This document shows, in pieces, positions 36,950 through 50,139 of a DNA stretch of 64,000 nucleotides. Where the stretch lies: NCBI RefSeq assembly GCF_004010195.1, contig NC_057757.1, positions 179,242-243,241 of the forward strand, in the 5' to 3' direction. The notes beneath the pieces are model-generated. The model searched no databases, was not told where the DNA came from, and worked only from the letters and a program-made list of their open reading frames with translations. Positions within the stretch are counted from its first letter, which is position 1; each line of letters begins with the position of its first letter. Source of the DNA: Chiloscyllium plagiosum. Lineage: Eukaryota. The translations under genes were made by a program, and so were the position numbers.

Positions 36950-38466
36950 TTTGGCAGACAAATAAACCTTTGCCTTTTGAACTGATTTCCCTGCAGCTTT
37001 AATGAATTGATCTACCCTCCCAAATACATGCTGCTAACAAAGCAAAGAAACATCTCAAACTTGTTTTCCTGCTGTTGGTGAATCTGCCACTGCATCTTGA
37101 TCCCCAGGTTCTATTTCCGATCCTCATGCTAATAGTTTTCTGAGTCCGACTTTGAGAAAGCTTTTCAGGGTGCATCTATCTGTGTGAAAGGGATGACGAT
37201 CTCCTATCTGACTCCTCTGCACATGCCTCAAATTCTCGTCAACAAAAATAGAAATTGCTGGAAAAGCTCAGCGAGTCTGGCAGCATCTGTGGAAAGAAAT
37301 CAAGCTTAACATTTTGGGTCAAGTGACCCTCCGTCAGAATCCTGAGTTAACTGTGATTTCTCTCCAACAACCTGCTGAGCTTTTCCAACATTTCCTGCTT
37401 TTGTTTCTGATTTCCAGCACCCTCAGTTCTTTCTAGTTTTATTTTATAGTTCTTGTTGTTTGACATCTTTTATGAACTTATCTTTGGATTTGTTCAAGGC
37501 CTCTCGGTCTTCCCAATCACATGGCCTGCTGCTGCAGTTTTCCTGATTTGTAATGTATTCCTTATTAAACTGCACACTTCCTTGCTTTGTCTCTTTATCG
37601 GGATGGCTACTGTTTATTAATCAAATTTTGACACATTAATCAAATTCCTTTCAATGGCCCAGGGTCTCTTTCTGGGGAATAAAAACCCCAAAAAACTGTG
37701 GATGCTGGAAATCAGAAACCAAGTTTCTTTTTAGGGTATGTTTTCTGCTGAGCTCACTGTTAAAGCTCACAGTTCAAATGCTAACCCTCACCCTGGCCCT
37801 GACTCAATGCTCTAATTTCCAGCCTTCTATCTCTGTATTGCATATGTCCAACCCATGGGCCTAAACTCCTGTCCCTCATCCTGTACATGATCCAGCTTGT
37901 ATATTTTCCAGTGTCCTCTACTGCTCTGCTTACAATGTCCTTCAGTATATTTTACACATATTTTCTTACAAAGCTCATATCTAGCATTTATTAATGAGCT
38001 TCTTGTAAAGCAATACAGTAATGGCTTGATTGTGGAAATTGCAAACTCACAAATTTTCCAAACACAGCAGCTTTGTCATTTTCAACATCCAATTTGATGA
38101 CATTCTGGGCTAAATTTTCAATTTTATCACCAACTGCCCTCTACGATCGCTACTGCAAAGGAATGCATTCCAAAAACTGTTTGTTATTCTGAAATTGATT
38201 CTCGCAAGGTATATTTATCTGCACATTTAACCCCTGTCTAAACAAGGAGTTAAGACGTTAGCGCTGTCTAATCGTTTAAACACCAACAGAGATTGGAGAA
38301 TTTCCAAATGAAAGTTCTGCAGTCTTGCATACAATCTACGGAATTCCATCATGTACTCCTCCACGGTGTTATCCTCAATGTTTATAAATGTGTCAAAATC
38401 TGACCATGCCTCCGAAGCAATCCATTTATCACTTTTGTGATCAATTTTATCCAAAAACATTAACAA
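36950..38466 (-). mobile_element. Decayed Copia-superfamily (GalEa-like) LTR retrotransposon internal relic
   Basis: Gag-like FLDKI..SDKWIASEAWSDFDTF...VEEYMMEFRRLYARL...LLVFKRLD (38466-38227), post-protease KLDVENDKAAVFGKFVSLQFPQSSHYCI (38110-38000) and TGKYTSW motif (~37900). These resemble recalled GalEa-type polyproteins. Confidence 0.6.
37241..37445. mobile_element. Short foldback Penelope-related element (older subfamily)
   Basis: Arms gctggaaaagctcagc / gctgagcttttccaac, with a degenerate hammerhead-like core on the minus strand. Confidence 0.6.
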
Positions 38467-38469
38467 TCT

Positions 38470-40790
38470 ATCAGGGAAAAGGTTGAGATTCTGAAGGGAG
38501 ATTACAGAGAGTTAGGCAGAACTTTAAAAAGGAGGTCCTCAAGGGGAGCTGGTGTATGGGAGAAGGATTCACATTTTTGGATCACTGGAATCTCTTTTGG
38601 GGTAGAAGTGACCTGTACAAGAAGGACGGATTGCACCTAAATTGGAAGGAGACTAATATACTGGCAGAGAAACTTGCTAGAACTGCTTGGAAGGATTTAA
38701 ACTAGTAAGGTGGGGGGGTGGGACCCAGGGAGATAGTGAGGAAAGAGATCGATCTGAGACGGGTACAGCTGAGAACAGAAGTGAGTCAAACAGTCAGGGC
38801 AGGCAGGGACAAGGTAGGACTAATAAATTAAACTGCATTTATTTCAATGCAAGGGGCCTATCAGGGAAGGCAGATGAACTCAGGGCATGGTTAGGAACAT
38901 GGGACTGGGATATCATAGCAATTACAGAAACATGACTCAGGGAGGGGCAGGACTGGCAGCTTAATGTTCCAGGATACAAATGCTACTGGAAGGATAGAAA
39001 GGGAGGCAAGAGAGGAGGGGGAGTGGCATTTTTGATAAGGGACAGCATTACAGCTGCTGAGGGAGAATATTCCCAGAAATACATCCAGGGAAGTTATTGG
39101 GTGGAACTGAGAAATAAGAAAGGGATGATCACCTTATTGAGGTTGTATTATAGACCCCTTAATAGTCAGAGGGAAATTGAGAAACAAACTTGTAAGGAGA
39201 TCTCAGCTATCTGTAAGAATAATAGGGTGGTTATGGTAGGTAACTTTCCAAACATCGACTGGGACTGCCATAGTGTTAAAGATTTAGATGGAGAGGAATT
39301 TCTTAAATGTGTACAAGACAATTTTCCGATTCAGTATGTAGATGTACCTACTAGAGAAGGTGCAAAACATGACCTACACTTGGGAAATAAGGCAAGGGGC
39401 AGGTGACTGAGGTGTCAGTGCGGGAGCACTTTGGGGCCAGCGACCATAATTCTATCAGTTTTAAAATAGTGATGGAAAATGATAGACCAGATCTAAAAGT
39501 TGAATTTCTAAATTGGAGAAAGGCCAATTTTGATGGTATTAGGCAAGAACTTTTGAAAGCTGATTGGAGGCAGATGTTCGCAGGTAAAGGGACGGCTGGA
39601 AAATGGGAAGCCTTCAGAAATGAGATAACAAGAATCCAGAGAAAGTATATTCCTGTCAGGGTGAAAGGGAAGGCTGGTAGGTATAGGAAAAGCTGGATGA
39701 CTAAAGAAATTGAGGGTTTGGTTAAGAAAAAGAAGGAAGCATATGTCAAGTATAGACCAGGATAGATCGAGTGAATCCTTAGAAGAGTACAAAGGAAGTA
39801 GGACATATACTTGAGAGGGAAATCAGGAGGGCAAAAAGGGGACATGAGATAGTTTTGGCAAATAGAATTAAGGAGAATCCAAAGGGTTTTACAAGTATAT
39901 TAAGGACAAAAGGGTAACTAGGAAGAGAATAGGGCCCCACAAAGATCAGCAAGGCGGCCTTTGTGTGGAGCCACAGAAAATAGGGGAGATACTAAATGAA
40001 TAGTTTGCATCAGTATTTACTGTGGGAAAGGACATGGAAGATATAGACTGGAGGGAAATAGATGGTGACATCTTGCAAAATGTCCAGATTACAGAGGAGG
40101 AAGTGCTGGATGTCTTGAAAAGGGTAAAGGTGGATAAATCACCAGGACCTGATCAGGTGTACCCAAGAACTCTGTGGGAAGCTAGAGAAGTGATTGCTGG
40201 GCCTCTTGCTGAGATATTTGTATCATTGATAGTCACAGGTGAGGTGCCGGAAGACTGGAGGTTGGCAAACGTGGTGCCACTGTTTAAGAAAGGTGGTAAG
40301 GGCAAGCCAGGGAACTATAGATCAGTGAGCCTGACGTCAGTGGTAGGCAAGTTGTTGGAGGGAATCCTGAGGGACAGGATGTACATGTATTTGGAAAGGC
40401 AAGGACTAATTAGGGATAGTCAACATGGCTTTGTGCGTGGGAAATCATGTCTCACAAACTTGATTGAGTTTTTTGAAGAAGTAACAAAGAAGATTGATGA
40501 GGGCAGAGGGTAGATGTGATCTATATGGATTTCAGTAAGGCGTTCGACAAGGTTCCCCATGGGAGACTGATTAGCAAGGTTAGATCTCATGGAATCCAGG
40601 GAGAACTAGCCATTTGGATACAGAACTGGCTCAAAGGTAGATGACAGAGGGTGGTGGTGGAGGGTTGTTTTTCAGACTGGAGGCCTGTGACCAGTGGAGT
40701 GCCACAAGGATCGGTGTTGGGCCCTGTACTTTTTGTCACTTACATAAATGATTTGGATGTGAGCATAAGAGGTACAGTTAGTAAGTTTGT
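38470..40790 (+). mobile_element. Long CR1 LINE fragment: ORF1 end (SGNH esterase-like), APE endonuclease, N-terminal RT
   Basis: FLDHWNLFWGRSDLYKKDGLHLN (ORF1), CIYFNARGL..DIIAITET, SDHNSI, KSPGPDQVYP, QHGFVRGKSC and [10 protein letters not shown], with several frameshifts and stops. Confidence 0.95.
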
Positions 40791-41089
40791 CCCAAACTTT
40801 TCCACCATGAACAAGTCAATCATATAATAAAATACATCATATTTACAATATAAGTGAAGTCTCCCCGTTTGCCTCGATGGGTGCAGCTCCAACAAAACAC
40901 AAAAGGTTCAACACCATCCAGGACAAATCATTATAACCTTCAGCATCTTCAAACACTCCCACCCTCCCTCCCTTCCTGCCTCCGTCCACCCCTGCTGTAC
41001 ACTGGCAGTAATATATACCATCCAGAGGATGCATTGCAGCAAATCTTCATGGCTCCTTCAACAACATCTTCCACACTGACAACAAGGGT

Positions 41090-41862
41090 ATAGGGAGTTT
41101 CACACTGTATCTAACCCCGTGCTGTCCCTGTCCTGAGAGTGTTTAATGGGGACAGTGTAGAGGGAGCTTTACTGTGTATCTAACCCTGTGCTGTCCCTAT
41201 CCTGAGAGTGTTTAAGGGGGACAGTGTAGACGGAGCTTTACCCTGTATCTAACCCCATGCTGTCCCTGACCTGGGAGTGTTTAACGGGGACAGTGTAGAG
41301 GGAGCTTTACTCTGTATCTAACCCCATGCTGTCCCTGACCTGGGAGTGTTTGATGGGGGACAGTGTAGATTAGATTCCATACAGTGTGGAAACAGGCCCT
41401 TTGGCCCAACCAGTCCACACCGGCCCTCCGAAGTGTAACCCACCCAGACCTATTTCCCTCTGACTAATGCACCTAACACTATGGACAATTTCCCATGGCC
41501 AATTCACCTAATCTGCACATCTTTGGACTGTGGGAGGAAACCGGAGCACCCGGAGGAAACCCACGCAGGCACAGGGAGAATGTGCAAACTCCAAACAGAC
41601 AGTTGCCCAAGGCTGGAATCGAACCTGGGACTCTGGTGCTGTGAGGCAGCAGTGCTGACCACTGAGCCACCGTGCCGCCCCCACGCTGTAGAGGGAGATT
41701 TACTCTGTACCTAACCTCATGCTAGCCCTGTCCTGAGTGTGTTTGATGGGGTCATTGTAGAGGGAATTTTACTCTGTATCTCACTCTCATGCTGTCCCTG
41801 TCCGGGGAGGGTTTGATTGGGGACCGTGTAAAGGGCGTTTTACTCTGTATCTAACCCTGTGG
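41090..41862 (+). repeat. ~70 bp satellite interrupted by an HE1 SINE
   Basis: Satellite units lie on both sides of the SINE at 41370-41682. Confidence 0.9.
41370..41682 (-). mobile_element. HE1-like tRNA-derived SINE (V-SINE), full length
   Basis: Head GGGCGGCACGGTGGCTCAGTGG...GGTTCGATTCC, V-domain TGTGGAGTTTGCACATTCTC-like, and a CR1-like tail ending in (AATCT)n. Confidence 0.92.
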
Positions 41863-41881
41863 TGGATCTTTCTTTTTTTAG

Positions 41882-42202
41882 AGATTAGATTCCCTACCGT
41901 GTGGAAACAGGCCCTTTGGCCCAACAAGTCCACACCGACCCTGTGAAGAGCAACCCACCCGGACCCGTTCCCCTACATTCGCCCCTGACTAATGCATCTA
42001 ACACTATGGGCAATTGAGCGTGGCCAATTCACCTGACCTGCACATCTTTGGACTGTGGGAGGAAACCGGAGCACCCGGAGGAAACCCACACAGACACGGG
42101 GAGAACGTGCAAACTCCACACAGACAGTTAACCGAGGCTGGAATTGAACCCGAGTCCCTGCTGCTGTGAGGCAGCAGTGCTAACCACTGAGCCAATGTGC
42201 TG
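41882..42202 (-). mobile_element. HE1-like SINE
   Basis: Same architecture as 41370-41682. Confidence 0.9.
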
Positions 42203-42284
42203 TTTGATGTGGACAATTAGAGAGAGCTTTACTTTCAGTTTAAAATAGCAGAGGGAGCTTTACTCTGTCTCCAACCCATACGTT

Positions 42285-42675
42285 CACACTTTCTCACACA
42301 CGCACACACACACTCTCACACACACATACACTTACTCTCACATACACACACACACTTACTCTCTCTCACACACACATACACTTACTCTCACATACACACA
42401 CACACTTACTCTCTCTCACANNNNNNNNNNNNNNNNNNNNNNNNNNNNNNNNNNNNNNNNNNNNNNNNACACACACACTCCCACACTCACACATGCACCC
42501 CCTCACAGACTTAAGACACTCTGCACTCACTACACACACACTTTCTCACACATGCACACGCGCGCGCATGTACACACACTTACTCTCTCTCTCACACACA
42601 CACACATGCACACGCGGGCGCACACACACTTTCTCTCTCTCTCTCACACACACACACATACAAACACACACACAA
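42285..42675. repeat. CA/CT microsatellite with a 48-N gap (42421-42468)
   Basis: Directly visible. Confidence 0.95.
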
Positions 42676-43064
42676 TGTGTGTCAGTACTGTATTAAGATT
42701 GTTAGTTATAATTCTCCCATGAACGGTTATGAAATATTCTCTTAAATTTTAGTAGCTGTGGGACTCTCGCTACAACATACAACTCATTTAAACCCAAGGA
42801 ACCTTTCAGCTAAGTTGGAATGAGGCTAATTAATCTAATTCAGTTGGGTTCTCCCACTCTCCCAGATGTTTCACTGTCTGTGTTAGTTTCCACAGCACTC
42901 GGTTCTCAGCCCCATAGCTGCCAATGTTATTGGAGCAGATTAGCATTTAACCTTTGACCTCAGCAATGCACATACTGAGGTCAAAGGTTAAACACCTGAG
43001 AGCCATTGGCAAATCAAGATCGTCATCTGTCCAATACAGAAGATTAAGGGGTGATCTAATCAGG

Positions 43065-43590
43065 GTCGTAGGGTCATACAGCATGGGAACAGATTCTTTT
43101 GTCCAAATTGTCCACCCGACCATGTTCCCAAATTAAATTAGTCCCACTTGGTTGGCTGATAGCCCTCCAAACCTGTAACTGTACTTGCAGCCATCACCTC
43201 CTTTGGCAGTTCATTCTACACACGAACTGCTGCTCATGTCCTTCTCAAACCTTCTCCACTCCCCTTAAAAATATGCCCCCTAGTTTTGAACTCCCATATC
43301 CCGGGGAAAAGACCCTTGCTATTCACCTTATCTAAGCCCGTCAAGATTAAACCCTTATCGGGTCACCCCTCCACCTCCTGCACTCCAGCGAGAGAAGTCC
43401 CAGCCTCTCCTAATTACACAAATCTTCCAGTCCTGGCATCGTCCTAGTAAATCTTTTCTAACCCCTCTCCAGCTTAATAATATCCTTCCTAGGGCAGTGG
43501 GACCAAAAACTGGATGCAGTACTCCAGAAGTAGTCTCACCAACATTCTGTACAACCTCAACATGATATCCCAACTCCTACACTCAAAAGA
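43065..43590 (-). mobile_element. CR1 LINE 3' fragment
   Basis: Homologous to 3241-3850. Confidence 0.85.
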
Positions 43591-43879
43591 GCTGAACACT
43601 GCAGGCAGTTCAGTCAATTCAGTCCAGAATGGGGAGTCAGAGGGAAGATTAGAGACATTGAAAATGAGAGGGAAGCTGAAAATTCAGGACATGTATTGTG
43701 TTTTATAGAACATAGGAACTGGGGGAATTGAATCCACTGTGAGGCAGCAGCACTAACCACTGAGACACTGTACCATACTGAAAGGATAAGTTTCATTAGG
43801 TTTTCTTCACATCAATCCAACTGATGTCCTGTACCTTCAGGCTGGGAATTTATGTTAATACTGTGTTTAAAAAACAAAT

Positions 43880-44360
43880 TAGAGGCTGGAAATTCTGCAG
43901 TCAATAACTCACCTCCTGACTCCCCAAAGCCTGTCCCACCATCTACAAGGCACAAGTCAGGAGGGTGAGGGAATACTCCCCACTTGCCCTGGATGGGGGC
44001 AGCTCCAACAACACTCAAGAAGCTTGACACCATCCAGGGACAAAGCAGCCCCCGCTTGATTGGCCCCACACCCACAAATATCCCCTCCTTCCCTTACCCA
44101 CCGACGCTCAGTAGCAGCAGTGTGGACCATCTACAAGATGCACTGCAGAAACTCACCAAAGATCCTCAGGCAGCACCTTCCAAACCCATGGCCACTTCCA
44201 TCTAGAAGGACAAGGGGTAGCAGATACAGGGGAACCCCACCCCCTGCAAGTTCCCCTCCGAGCCCCTCCCCATCCTGACTTGGAAATATATCGCCGTTCC
44301 CTCAATGTGGCTGGGTCAGAATCCTGGGATTCCCTCCCTCAGGGACGTTGTGGGTCTACC
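43880..44360 (+). mobile_element. Second LINE family 3' fragment
   Basis: WMGAAPTTLKKLDTIQ...IYKMHCRNSPKILRQHLP. Confidence 0.85.
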
Positions 44361-44644
44361 CTCCAGCAACAGTACTCTATGTAGCTTTGGGTCTCCTTCC
44401 CCCAGGCGAGATATTATTGCCACAGAGAGGGTGCATCGAAGGTTCCCGAGCCTTGATCCCGGAACGGTGCGACTGTCCTATGGAAAGAGATCTGACAAAC
44501 TGGGCTGGTGTTTCCTGGAGTTTCACAGAATGATATTTAAAGGGGATGGACAGGCTGGGTGCAGGTCAGCTCTTTCCCCTGGTTGGAGAAACTAGAAAGA
44601 GTTAAAAATAAGGGGAGTGACAGTTCAGTCTGAAATGAGAATTT

Positions 44645-44985
44645 TTTTTATTAATTCACAGGATGAGGGTGTTGCTGGCCAGGTCAGTATTTATTGCCCA
44701 TTCCTAATTACCCAGAGGTCAGTTGTGAGCCAACCCTATTGCTGTGGCTCTGGAGTCACGTATAGGCCCAGACCAGGTAAGCATGGCAGTTTCCATCCAT
44801 AAAGGATATTAGTGAACCAGATGGGTGCTTCCAACAATTGGCAGTGGATTCATGGTCACCATTGTTTTATTAAATTCAAATTCCACCATCTGTCATGGTG
44901 GGATTTGAACATGTGTCCCCAGAACATTACCTGGGCCTCTGGATTAACAGTCCAGCAGTAATACCACTATCTGCCATCACCTCCC
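44645..44985 (-). mobile_element. tRNA-derived SINE (same family as 8812-9175)
   Basis: Reverse-complement similarity, including the B-box. Confidence 0.8.
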
Positions 44986-45124
44986 CCCCCATAATGAGCC
45001 CTTGGAATATTCTATACCGCAGAACACTGTGAGAGCTCAGTCTTAGAGAGTGTGTAAGACAAACATCGAGAGATTTGTGACTTCCAATAGCATACAGGGT
45101 TATGAGGATAGGGATAGGGTGATA

Positions 45125-45380
45125 TAAATCCCCTGAGAAAAAGAACAGGAAATGACCTCACCATAGGAAATGACATCACCACAGGAAATGGCATCACCAA
45201 CCCAAGGAAACCCAAACATATAAACAGAAAGTGGGCTACACCACCAATGCTTCGTCCAGAGACCCAATGATGATGTTATCTAATATGGTGACAAAACATC
45301 TGAAACAAACCTCCCAGCTCAGCAAGCAAACCTCCAACCAGAACCTCAACCGAGCTACAAATCTTCTCAAAACCCGCTAA
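45125..45380 (+). mobile_element. Penelope-like element 3' end with degenerate hammerhead
   Basis: Homologous to 770-950. ATGATGA...GGTGACAAAACATC at 45267-45300. Confidence 0.8.
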
Positions 45381-45764
45381 AGCGTTGAAGTGTCCCACCA
45401 GCCATGCACATATTGAATAGTGGGGTAGGCTTGACAATATGAACAACCTGCTGCTGTTTCCATGTAAACACATACCAAGCACCTCAAGATCGGGAACATT
45501 GCAACGGTTGGCTTTCTAATAAAAGAAGGCTGAGATCCATTCAGTTTACCTTCCTCCATCTTGATGATGTTACGTCAATGGTAACAGAGCCATTGATTAG
45601 TCACAACGATCAGACTCAATCATTATGTTGACAACACAGCCAGATGGGAGCTAAGCAAAGCTGTCTTTGACAGTGACCTTTGGAAACCAACACTCCTCAG
45701 TTACCTGCTCCACAAGATCCCTGTTCGTTCTCACCATGACATTTTTCAAATTTCAAAAGAGCAC

Positions 45765-46185
45765 TACAGCGGACAAACTAGCAGGAAACTTGCAACCAGA
45801 TACCCGAACACCAACTGGCCACTGAAAGACACGACCCATTCTCACTCGTTTCCATACAGACAGACAACAAAGGACACCATTTTGACTGGGGCAACACACA
45901 CATCCTAGGACAGGTGAAACAAAGACACGCACAAGAATTCTCAGAGGCATGGCATTCTAACCAGAACTCCATCAATAAACACACCGACTTAGATCCTATC
46001 TACATTCCCTTAAAAAAATGAACCGGAAATGACATCAGCCACCTTAAGAAACCAAGACCTATAAATAGAGAGGCAGGACATACACCAGCATTTCACCAGA
46101 GACTCTCAGTGATGGTATGACCGAGTCATGGTGATGAAACATCTGAAGACAAACCTTCCAGCTCAGCAAGCTAACTTACAGATTT
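45765..46185 (+). mobile_element. Penelope-like element GIY-YIG end plus terminal region
   Basis: GHHFDWGNTHILGQ..QRHAQEFSEAWHSNQNSINKH, with GAAACATC at 46136. Confidence 0.85.
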
Positions 46186-46644
46186 ATATTTCAAATTACT
46201 CAGATCCTTAAAAGAATTTGCATTTGGCTGAATCAGTTCCATCAATCTTGCCAACCCTCTCGGAGTGTCAGATTGATAACAGCACCATTCAGTAAAATAC
46301 TGTTTTTGCAGTGTTTTCCCTTGCTCCACACGATCCCCTCAGAAGCCAATCCATCCAGCCTCTTAGTTATACGTGTCACTGTCTGCTGTATCCTTCCTAC
46401 AGCTCTGACCACAACTGTACTCAGAATTCTAAATGGAGCCACAATGCTGATTCATTTCATTAAGAGGCAGAGTTACCACACTATTCCTGCTCAACATCAA
46501 CCTTCGCATAAAACCCAACTTTCCATTAACACACTCCTACCCAACAGTGTTGCGATAGCTTCAGCACCTTTCCAATCTGGAGCCCCCGCCACCACTGATG
46601 CCTTTTGTATCCTATACAAATGAGATACATCTCCTTTCAGCACC

Positions 46645-46970
46645 ACTGACGCTCAGTAGCAGCAGTGTGTACCATCTACACTCTTCAGGCAGCACCTTCC
46701 AAACCCACGGCCACTTCCATCTAGAACGACAAGGGGCAGCAGATACATGGGAACACCACCCCCTGCAAGTTCCCCTCCGAGCCCCTCACCATCCCGACTT
46801 GGGAATATATCGCCGTTCCCTCAGTGTGGCTGGGTCAGAATCCTAGGATTCCCTCCCTCAGGGGCATTGTGGGTCTACACTACAGCACATGGACTACAGC
46901 GGGTCAAGAAGGCAGCTCACCCCCACCTTCTCACAGGGTCAACTAGGGACAGGCAATAAATGCTGGGCCC
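46645..46970 (+). mobile_element. Second LINE family 3' end
   Basis: Same sequence as 53590-53950. Confidence 0.8.
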
Positions 46971-47786
46971 ATGTTGCATGCAGATTGGATTAAAAATAGA
47001 ACAACCAGCTAATGTCCTCAACAGGTAAACTTTGAAGGATGGTCTCAAGGTCCCCATGATGCCCAGAGCACCCATTGTAAGGCAAGTCACACATTCCCAG
47101 GATAACATTGGAAATCTTTCAAACCTGTCAAGTTATTGTACAATACTGGGACTGTCAGAGGTTCACTGCATGAACAAATATGGCAGCTTTGGACACCATT
47201 GCAATTGGAAAGACATTACAGTGATGTGTTACAACAGGTTACTCAGAAAATGTTTCCAAGCTAAATATCCCAGAAGTGCTTATTATCTCTCCTGGTGTTT
47301 CTCTCCATCCATCCAGGCTACTGATGTTGAGTTGTATTAAGGTTATAGACCATTCAGCCCAACTTGCACCACACTGATATTTCTGCTAACATTCAAGCTT
47401 CTTCCCATCAGCCCTTCATTCCATGCTACCAATAAATTCTTCTATTTCGTGCCCTCTCATCCTCGATCGAGTTGAGCAGATTGATCCTATTCACCTCGAC
47501 ACCTCACTCTGTGCCAATCAGCTCCACTCTCTCCCCAAACTCTGGCGAAAAGCATTTCTCCTGAATTAGATCAGTTCGTCTGTCCAACACTATGGTACCA
47601 AGTTTCCACATCCCAAATAAGAACTGACATCTTCATACCCACCCATCAGAAACCAGAAAGAAGGTATTTGGGAAGGAGTCTTCCAAAAGGGACAATGTGG
47701 AGCCCAAGGCTTCATCGTCCAACTGAAACCAATCCTGAGGCAACTCATCATCACGGATCACCACTGGCCCCTGGACCCAAACAGCT

Positions 47787-48286
47787 NNNNNNNNNNNNNN
47801 NNNNNNNNNNNNNNNNNNNNNNNNNNNNNNNNNNNNNNNNNNNNNNNNNNNNNNNNNNNNNNNNNNNNNNNNNNNNNNNNNNNNNNNNNNNNNNNNNNNN
47901 NNNNNNNNNNNNNNNNNNNNNNNNNNNNNNNNNNNNNNNNNNNNNNNNNNNNNNNNNNNNNNNNNNNNNNNNNNNNNNNNNNNNNNNNNNNNNNNNNNNN
48001 NNNNNNNNNNNNNNNNNNNNNNNNNNNNNNNNNNNNNNNNNNNNNNNNNNNNNNNNNNNNNNNNNNNNNNNNNNNNNNNNNNNNNNNNNNNNNNNNNNNN
48101 NNNNNNNNNNNNNNNNNNNNNNNNNNNNNNNNNNNNNNNNNNNNNNNNNNNNNNNNNNNNNNNNNNNNNNNNNNNNNNNNNNNNNNNNNNNNNNNNNNNN
48201 NNNNNNNNNNNNNNNNNNNNNNNNNNNNNNNNNNNNNNNNNNNNNNNNNNNNNNNNNNNNNNNNNNNNNNNNNNNNNNNNNNNNNN
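47787..48286. other. Assembly gap (500 N)
   Basis: Run of N. Confidence 1.
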
Positions 48287-49364
48287 CCGTGGTGTCAGAG
48301 CGGGAGACTGAGGGAGGGGATGTGGATGGGGGGGATTTGTCTGTGAGCGTTTTGGGTCTCACACTGAGCAAACTGGATCCCCGGGGGATGGTGTGTCCCT
48401 GCTCCCAATTGAAAGCCCCGCACTGTTTCCTCAAAGCCTGACCCTGTGAGGATTATAGGTTAGGGGAATGGATTCCCATAAAGTTTGGATTTGTCAGTGG
48501 GCAGGTTCCTGAGACCCCTGTCCACTCTGGCACAGTCGGAGTGTCCCGGAAGGTGCGGTAAAGTCTGTCTGGGGCGGGTGGTAACAGTGCTTTAAATCAG
48601 CTCTGGTTTTTACATCCAGGTTATATCGAAATTGTTAACATGTAGATTGAGGCTTGCTGACTGAAACCATTTTCAACTCAATCTGTGCACCCTGGTTCCG
48701 TTATTGTGGGAATGTCTAACTCAGCATCGTCCTAAGGAATGCCAAATAAATCTCCCCATCGCAGGCTGAATCCATGTTCGGGTGTCAATCCATTTCCATT
48801 CCTGCAATTCATGATTCACTCTGGCATCAGGACTGAGTAAAGGGCAAGGTCAGGGCTGTTAAAGGCGGTGCCTGATCCACAGAGGGACATTTGCATGCTC
48901 AAGTCTTTAAATTGGCAGCACACATTAAGGGAAAGCTGTTTTTAAAACCAGAGAGGATCCTGAGCTTTGGAAGTACAAGCATAAGTGAATTGTGTTGAGC
49001 CTTCCTAACTGATGGATTAAGGTTCCCTCAGCTGGAGTGTCAGGGCCCATTTACAGAAGGCCTGCAATTCTAGAAATAACTCCTGGGATAGATTGTTGCA
49101 GGAGGACAGATTGAGAGACTGCCGCAGTTTCCAGAACAATGAGGAATGATCATACTGGAACTGACAGCACTCCTCCTGTGATCATCTTTGCTGTGGTGGT
49201 GAAGGAGGTTTGTATCCCCTTGTTTAGAGCGTGGAACCAAAGGGTACTGCCTCTAAATATGGGACAGTCAATTTTAGACTGAGATGCGGAAGGCTTTCTT
49301 CTCTCTGAGGGGAGTGCATATTTGGAATCCTCTCCACAGTAGGTTATGAAAGGTTAGTTCCTAA

Positions 49365-49930
49365 GTTAGAGAGTCCAACAGGTTTATTTGGAAACACTAG
49401 CTTTCGGAGCGCTGCTCCTTCATCAGGTGGTTGTGGAGAATTAGATTATAAGACACAGAATTTATAGCAAAACTTTACAGTGTGATGTAACTGAAATTAT
49501 ATATTGAAAAAGACTTGGATTGTTTGTTAAGTCTCTTATCTGTTAGAATGACCACGTTGGTTTCAGTTCTTTCATATGTAAATCGCAAAACCTTTTTAAA
49601 AGTTACATTCTCAAGTGAACTTTAACAATTGGTGTCATGTTGGCCCAGCTAATATATTGAAGGTATGAGCTTTCCTGTGTGAGGCTGTCTGTGGCCACAA
49701 TGGCCAGACTGATTCTAATCTAAAAGATGGACTAACAGAAACTTACATGGATTCATGCAGTATTTGAGCAATGTAAAATGTAATTCTGCAAGTACAGAGA
49801 CACCCCACAAATGTATATGTGTACGTGTGCATGCATGTGTGTGGGGTGGGGGCGCGGGGTATGAGTGTCTGTGAGAGAGTGTGTGTATGTGTGTGTGAGT
49901 GTCTGTAAAGAGATATAAGATCAATAGGTG
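49365..49930 (-). mobile_element. Penelope-like element 3' terminal region (third family)
   Basis: Hammerhead core followed by AATAAA-cctgttggact. A related tail fragment lies at ~33310-33380. Confidence 0.7.
49395..49429 (-). ncRNA. Minimal type I hammerhead ribozyme, core intact
   Basis: Minus strand CAC-CTGATGA-A-GGAGC-agc-GCTCC-GAAAG-CTA-GTG: perfect 5-bp stem II, palindromic AGCT helix III, CUA triplet and stem I CAC/GTG. Confidence 0.8.
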
Positions 49931-50139
49931 TCTATGTTTTAAACTGTCAAGGGATGTGGGGAGACAACAGGGAAATGGTTTTTGAGGTAGATCAGACACA
50001 AACTTCCTGCTGATTCCATAAGAGCATCAGAAACACGAGGAGGAGTAGACCATCTGGCCCCTCGAGCCGCCTCTGCCATTCATAAGATCAAGGCTGAACC
50101 TCTCGTGGTCTCCGCTCCACGCACCCGCCCGCTCACCAT

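Noticed and set aside
38687..40513. Intact LINE ORF2 as an active gene
   Set aside because: It has multiple frameshifts and stops and is truncated at the RT catalytic motif.
41600..41682. tRNA genes (also ~63130-63208, ~8815-8890)
   Set aside because: The A/B boxes belong to SINE heads, are followed by SINE bodies, and give no complete cloverleaf.
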